The position numbers and the translations under genes were made by a program. Shown one piece after another: positions 59,664 to 64,000 of a stretch of DNA of 64,000 nucleotides. The notes beneath the pieces are model-generated. The model made no database searches and was not told the origin of the DNA. It saw only the letters and a list, made by a program, of their open reading frames with translations. Source of the DNA: Castellaniella sp. Its GTDB lineage: Bacteria; Pseudomonadota; Gammaproteobacteria; Burkholderiales; Burkholderiaceae_B. Position 1 is the stretch's first letter. The number at the start of each line of letters is the position of its first letter. The stretch is taken from assembly GCA_041655275.1 (NCBI GenBank), contig JBBAFU010000011.1:31112-95111 (forward strand), read 5' to 3'.

Positions 59664-59891
59664 CTACCGATTCTTGCCGATCTGGTCGCCCACGACACCA
59701 CCGATGGCGGCGCCCCCGACCGTGCCCAGCACGCTACCGCCGGAGATGGCGGCACCGGCCACACCGCCGACGGCGGCGCCGCCGACCGCGCCTTTCTGGC
59801 GCTGACTCATGCCATCCCAGGATGAACATCCCGCCAATGCGAGGGTGAAGATGGCCACAGCTGCAGCACGGATTGCCTGTTGCGTTTTCAT
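59664..59891 (-). CDS. glycine-zipper (Rick_17kDa_Anti/OsmB-like) outer-membrane lipoprotein
   Basis: Internal Met10 gives 75 aa. Lipobox LALAGC followed by Gly/Ala zipper GAVGGAAVGGVAGAAISGGSVLGTVGGAAIGGVVG. Confidence 0.85.
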   Translation of the reverse strand: MKTQQAIRAAAVAIFTLALAGCSSWDGMSQRQKGAVGGAAVGGVAGAAISGGSVLGTVGGAAIGGVVGDQIGKNR

Positions 59892-59920
59892 GATGCCTCT
59901 CCTGAAACCTTGTGGCAAAC

Positions 59921-59947
59921 CCCGTCCGTGCCTGATGGCAGGACGGG
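59921..59947 (-). terminator. hairpin downstream of ettA (weak U-tract)
   Basis: CCCGTCCGTGCC-tgat-GGCAGGACGGG with one bulge. On the minus strand it is followed by GTTTGCC. Confidence 0.45.
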
Positions 59948-60003
59948 TATACCCTGATTATAGAGCGTCGCAATAACGCGATGGCACGACCGGAGCCGCA
60001 GGC

Positions 60004-61677
60004 TTATTTCAAAGGCTTGAAACGGATGCGACGCGGCTTGGCGGCTTCTTCGCCCAGACGTGCGCGTTTGTCGGCTTCGTACTCCTGATAGTTGCCATCG
60101 AAGAAGACGACCCGGGAATCCCCCTCGAACGCAAGAATATGCGTTGCAATGCGATCGAGAAACCAGCGATCGTGGCTGATGACCATGACACAGCCGGCGA
60201 ATTCCAGCAGGGCGTCTTCAAGCGCCCGCAATGTTTCGACATCCAGATCATTGGATGGTTCATCGAGCAGGAGCACGTTGCCGCCGCTGATGAGTGTCTT
60301 TGCCAGGTGCAACCGTCCGCGCTCACCGCCCGACAGATCACCCACGCGCTTGTTCTGGTCGGAACCGCGGAAGTTGAAGCGACCAATATAGGCGCGCGAA
60401 GGCATTTCAAAGCGGCCGACATTGAGCACATCGGAACCGTCGGCAATGGTCTCGAACACGGTCTTGTCGTCCGGCAGGGCATCGCGCGACTGGTCAACAT
60501 AGGCCAGCTGTACCGTCTGGCCGATGCGGATTTCGCCGGAATCGGGCTGCTCCTGGCCGGCCAGCATGCGGAACAGCGTGGATTTGCCGGCACCGTTGGG
60601 GCCGATGATGCCGACGATGGCGCCGGGCGGCACCTTGAAGCTGAGCCCGTCGATCAGCAGACGCTCGCCATAGCCCTTGCTGACCCCATTGAATTCGATC
60701 ACCTCGTTGCCCAGGCGCTCGGCCACGGGGATGAAGATTTCCTGGGTCTCGTTGCGTCGCTGGTATTCGTGCGAGGACAGCTCCTCGAAACGGGCCAGAC
60801 GCGCCTTGGCCTTGGCCTGACGGCCCTTGGGATTCTGGCGCACCCACTCCAGCTCTTTCTTGATGGTGCGCTGGCGTGCAGACTCGGACGCCTCTTCCTG
60901 CTTCAGCCGCGCTTCCTTCTGTTCGAGCCAGGACGTGTAATTGCCTTTCCAGGGGATGCCGTGCCCGCGGTCGAGCTCGAGGATCCAGCCCGCCGCATTG
61001 TCCAGGAAATAGCGGTCGTGGGTCACCGCCACCACGGTGCCCGGAAAAACGCGCAGGAATTGCTCCAGCCATTCGACACTTTCGGCATCGAGGTGGTTGG
61101 TGGGTTCATCGAGCAGCAGCATGTCGGGCTTGGACAGCAGCAGGCGGCACAGGGCGACGCGACGCTTCTCGCCCCCCGAGAGATTGCCCACCACCGCGTC
61201 CCAGGGTGGCAGACGCAGCGCATCGGCAGCAATCTCCATCTGGTGCTCGATATCGTCGCTGCCGCTGGAGGCGGCCGCTTCGATGATGGCCTCGAGCTCG
61301 GCCTGTTCGTTGGCCAGGGCGTCGAAATCCGCATCGGGCTCGGCATAGGCGGCATAGACTTCATCCAGGCGGGCACGTGCCTGGAAGATTTCACCCAGGC
61401 CGGCCTCGACGGATTCACGTACTGTATGCCCGGGATCCAGTTGCGGTTCCTGTGGCAGATAGCCTATCCTGAGACCAGGCATGGCAATGGCTTCGCCATC
61501 GATCTCGCGATCCTCGCCCGCCATGATGCGCAGCAAGGTGGATTTGCCCGAACCGTTGAGCCCCAGTACGCCGATCTTGGCGCCGGGGAAGAAGGACAGG
61601 GAAATATCGCGCAGTATCTGCCGCTTGGGCGGCACCATCTTGCCGACCCGATTCATGGTAAAAACGTATTGACTCAT
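60004..61677 (-). CDS. ettA: energy-dependent translational throttle protein EttA (ABC-F)
   Basis: Met7 gives 557 aa. MSQYVFTMNRVGKMVPPKRQILRDISLSFFPGAKIGVLGLNGSGKSTLLRIMAG, with two ABC cassettes. Confidence 0.95.
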   Translation of the reverse strand: MSQYVFTMNRVGKMVPPKRQILRDISLSFFPGAKIGVLGLNGSGKSTLLRIMAGEDREIDGEAIAMPGLRIGYLPQEPQLDPGHTVRESVEAGLGEIFQARARLDEVYAAYAEPDADFDALANEQAELEAIIEAAASSGSDDIEHQMEIAADALRLPPWDAVVGNLSGGEKRRVALCRLLLSKPDMLLLDEPTNHLDAESVEWLEQFLRVFPGTVVAVTHDRYFLDNAAGWILELDRGHGIPWKGNYTSWLEQKEARLKQEEASESARQRTIKKELEWVRQNPKGRQAKAKARLARFEELSSHEYQRRNETQEIFIPVAERLGNEVIEFNGVSKGYGERLLIDGLSFKVPPGAIVGIIGPNGAGKSTLFRMLAGQEQPDSGEIRIGQTVQLAYVDQSRDALPDDKTVFETIADGSDVLNVGRFEMPSRAYIGRFNFRGSDQNKRVGDLSGGERGRLHLAKTLISGGNVLLLDEPSNDLDVETLRALEDALLEFAGCVMVISHDRWFLDRIATHILAFEGDSRVVFFDGNYQEYEADKRARLGEEAAKPRRIRFKPLK

Positions 61678-61742
61678 AGACGAACTGAATCTCAAAAAAA
61701 ATTAGCCGGACCAGGAAAAACTGCTGCTACCAAGACCTTGTT

Positions 61743-62198
61743 ATGCCCGCGTTGCCCCCTTACCTGCTCAACCCCCTGCATTTCACCGAGGCCGAACTGG
61801 CTCTGCTCGCCCGCACTGCGGATGCGCTGAGTGCCTGGCTGGGCAAGCCGGTGCTTGCAGAAGTGATGGAGGCGACCGAGACGGGTTACGAATATGTGCT
61901 CTACGCGGTGCCGCTGCTGCCGGGACAGGAACCGGGCGACGGCACCACGGTACAGATCGGCGGCACCGGGGCACGCCTTCTGGGCGGCCGTGGCGGCCTG
62001 CCTGAAGAGCCTGACACGATCTACCTGTGTGAATACCTGTGGGGCATACAGCTGGCGAGCCTGCAGGGCGTGCGCTTCATCAAGGTGGATGCCGCCGGAG
62101 AAGAAGTGGCGTGGTCGGAAGATCTGAATGAAATCCTGCCTTTCGACCTGCGCGAACCGCCCGAAAGCGATGATCCGGACGATAACCTGATGCAATAG
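61743..62198 (+). CDS. hypothetical protein with acidic C-terminus
   Basis: 151-aa ORF with host-like GC3 codon usage, divergent from ettA. No family recognised. Confidence 0.55.
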   Translation: MPALPPYLLNPLHFTEAELALLARTADALSAWLGKPVLAEVMEATETGYEYVLYAVPLLPGQEPGDGTTVQIGGTGARLLGGRGGLPEEPDTIYLCEYLWGIQLASLQGVRFIKVDAAGEEVAWSEDLNEILPFDLREPPESDDPDDNLMQ

Positions 62199-62208
62199 CG
62201 CCAATAAT

Positions 62209-62337
62209 TCAGGCGCGCTTCACCTTCTCGAGCATCTTGAAGGTTTCCTTGGGTGCATTCACGAACAGGCGCTTGAAGGCTTTGCCCAGGCAGCGGCGTT
62301 CGATGGTGTTGCGACGATTGCGGTTGATTTCTTTCAT
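62209..62337 (-). CDS. candidate unannotated small basic protein (42 aa)
   Basis: Read by hand below the ORF-track cutoff: ATG at 62337, TGA at 62209-62211, GAGG 6 nt upstream of the ATG. Sequence MKEINRNRRNTIERRCLGKAFKRLFVNAPKETFKMLEKVKRA. Most codons end in G/C, as in neighbouring genes. Confidence 0.5.
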   Translation of the reverse strand: MKEINRNRRNTIERRCLGKAFKRLFVNAPKETFKMLEKVKRA

Positions 62338-62426
62338 GATGACCTCAACGACGGGAATACGGACATGGGACGGATACGGAACCGCTCATTCTAACATCTG
62401 CGCGCCTGCGGGTTTATCATAGCGTC

Positions 62427-64000
62427 ATGAATTCCGACATCCGCATTCGTGGCGCCCGCCAGAACAACCTCAGAAACCTCGACCTTGACATCCGCACCGG
62501 CCAGCTGCTGGTGATGACCGGTGTTTCGGGGTCGGGCAAGAGCTCGCTGGCCTTCGACACCCTGTATGCCGAAGGCCAGCGACGCTATGTGGAAACCTTT
62601 TCGCCCTACGCACGCCAGTTCCTGGATCGCATGGACAAGCCACAGGTCGATCGCATTGAAGGCATACTGCCCGCCATCGCCATCGATCAGGTGAATCCGG
62701 TACGCAACTCGCGCAGCACGGTCGGGACCATGACCGAGCTCAACGACCATCTGAAACTGCTGTTTGCGCGCATGGCGCAGCTGTACTGTCAGGGCTGCGG
62801 CCGTCATATCACCCGCGATGATCCGCACTCGGTGCGCGAGACTCTCGCCGGGCGATGTGCCGCAGACGACCCCCGTCTGGTCATTACCTTCGAAGTGACG
62901 GTGCCGGGCAACTTCACCGAAGAAGAGGTGCGCGCCGCACTTGACCAGCAGGGCTACGTGCGCGTGCATGGCGAGGAAATGCGCACCGTGACCACGCCGC
63001 CCCCCGCCGGCAGCCGGCGGCGCAAGGCCCAGACCACAACGCTGCGGGTGCTGCATGTCGTGCAGGATCGCTTCCGCATGAGCAGGGCCGAGCCCGAGCG
63101 GGTGATGGATGCGCTGGAGCAGGCCTTCCGCCAGGGACGGGGCCATATCGCCGTCTTCGTACCCGATCACACACCCGAAACCATCTGGCGCTTCAGCCGT
63201 CATCTGCATTGCGCCAACTGCGACATCAGCTATGCCGATCCGCTGCCCAGCAGCTTCTCCTTCAATTCACCACTGGGCGCCTGCGAAACCTGCCGGGGCT
63301 TCGGCCGCGTCATGGGCATCGACTATCAGCTGGTGATTCCCGACGAAAGCAAGAGCCTGCGTGAAGGCGCCATACGCCCCCTGCAGACCGCCACCTACAA
63401 GGTCTTCCAGGAAGAGATGGAAGCTTATGCCCAGACAGCCGGCATCCGCCTGGACACCCCCTGGTCCGCGCTGGACGAACGCGAGAAACAGTGGGTCATC
63501 GAAGGGACACCGGACTGGCGTGACGGCCGCAAGGCCTGGGATACGCAATGGTATGGACTGCGCCGCTTCTTCGCCTGGCTGGAAAGTCGCGCCTATCGCA
63601 TGCACGTGCGTGTGCTGCTGTCCCGGTACCGCAGCTATACGCCCTGCCCGGATTGCCGGGGTGCGCGCCTGAAGCCGGAATCCGCGCTGTGGCGCCTGGG
63701 CGCGGCGCCTGTACCCGTGGCGCCGGGCTATGCACGCTTCGTGCCACCCCACACGCACTGGACCCAGGCGCAGGCCGATGCCCTGCCGGGCCTTGGCATG
63801 ATGGACCTGATGCGTCTGCCCATAGGCCGCGTACGGGACTTCTTTACGGACCTGAGCTTTGGCGCGAGCATGGACGCAGCGCTGTCGCTGCTGCTTGATG
63901 AAGTACGCAGCCGCCTTGGCTACCTGTGCGACGTGGGCCTGGGCTACCTGACACTGGATCGCCAGAGCCGCACCCTGTCCGGTGGCGAAGTGCAGCGCAT
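62427..64000 (+). CDS. UvrA-family ABC ATPase (excinuclease subunit A-like, divergent/paralogue-type), 3'-truncated by window edge
   Basis: ATG at 62427 is in frame to nt 64000. The ORF is absent from the track because it has no stop in the window. IRIRGARQNNLRNLDL, GVSGSGKSSLAFDTLYAEGQRRYVETFSPYARQFL, zinc modules CQGC...CANC and CETCRGFG, and LSGGEVQR at the edge. Confidence 0.9.
   Translation, partial: MNSDIRIRGARQNNLRNLDLDIRTGQLLVMTGVSGSGKSSLAFDTLYAEGQRRYVETFSPYARQFLDRMDKPQVDRIEGILPAIAIDQVNPVRNSRSTVGTMTELNDHLKLLFARMAQLYCQGCGRHITRDDPHSVRETLAGRCAADDPRLVITFEVTVPGNFTEEEVRAALDQQGYVRVHGEEMRTVTTPPPAGSRRRKAQTTTLRVLHVVQDRFRMSRAEPERVMDALEQAFRQGRGHIAVFVPDHTPETIWRFSRHLHCANCDISYADPLPSSFSFNSPLGACETCRGFGRVMGIDYQLVIPDESKSLREGAIRPLQTATYKVFQEEMEAYAQTAGIRLDTPWSALDEREKQWVIEGTPDWRDGRKAWDTQWYGLRRFFAWLESRAYRMHVRVLLSRYRSYTPCPDCRGARLKPESALWRLGAAPVPVAPGYARFVPPHTHWTQAQADALPGLGMMDLMRLPIGRVRDFFTDLSFGASMDAALSLLLDEVRSRLGYLCDVGLGYLTLDRQSRTLSGGEVQR

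Noticed and set aside
62427-63364. An apparent +1 frameshift in the UvrA-like gene near 63300, suggesting a pseudogene.
   Set aside because: It came from my own miscounting of a line. Re-reading the printed sequence shows the ATG at 62427 stays in frame (GGC TTC GGC CGC GTC ATG at 63296-63313) through to nt 64000. The gene is missing from the ORF track only because it has no stop codon in the window.

Overview
High-G+C chromosomal segment. Hand-counted 60-nt lines in the flanks give 62-67% G+C. The source is a betaproteobacterium, probably Burkholderiales/Alcaligenaceae-like, judging by a Bug-family receptor and overall gene content. I support about 58 protein genes and one tRNA-Cys(GCA). I saw no rRNA, CRISPR array, transposase or integrase.

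Recognisable housekeeping genes: dgkA, ubiC, pyrD, the N-degron transferases bpt+aat, ilvE, dusB-fis-purH-ruvC-ruvA, ruvB, recQ, glnS, minCDE, ettA, a rhlE-like DEAD-box helicase and azlCD. There is also a LivFG / fused LivHM / LivK-like ABC importer.

Sensory genes: a Cache/PAS/GGDEF cyclase, a solute-symporter-fused hybrid kinase with a LuxR-type regulator (CrbS/CrbR-like), an OmpR/EnvZ-like pair, and IclR and GntR/FadR regulators.

The ORF track takes the longest ORF, allows GTG/TTG starts and omits ORFs without a stop in the window. Many listed ORFs are therefore N-terminally over-extended, or are antisense artefacts of high G+C. Where possible I re-set starts to internal Met codons showing ATGA/TGATG coupling or a Shine-Dalgarno sequence.

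Most interesting observations:
1. A cytochrome bd-like two-subunit complex (41362-43751) whose subunit I appears, by eye alignment, to lack the invariant heme/proton residues.
2. A roughly 5.2-kb AT-rich islet (about 47615-52860) wedged between minE and the liv-type operon. It carries a CoA-transferase, an embedded FadR-type regulator, a crotonase, a Bug receptor and a nitrilase-superfamily enzyme, with no mobility genes.
3. A repeated TTGC-N3-GCAAC operator-like motif bracketing the IclR gene and lying upstream of the phasin gene.
4. An unannotated 42-codon basic ORF next to a divergent UvrA-family gene that runs off the right edge.

All homology statements come from my own recognition of motifs. 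No database search was run.
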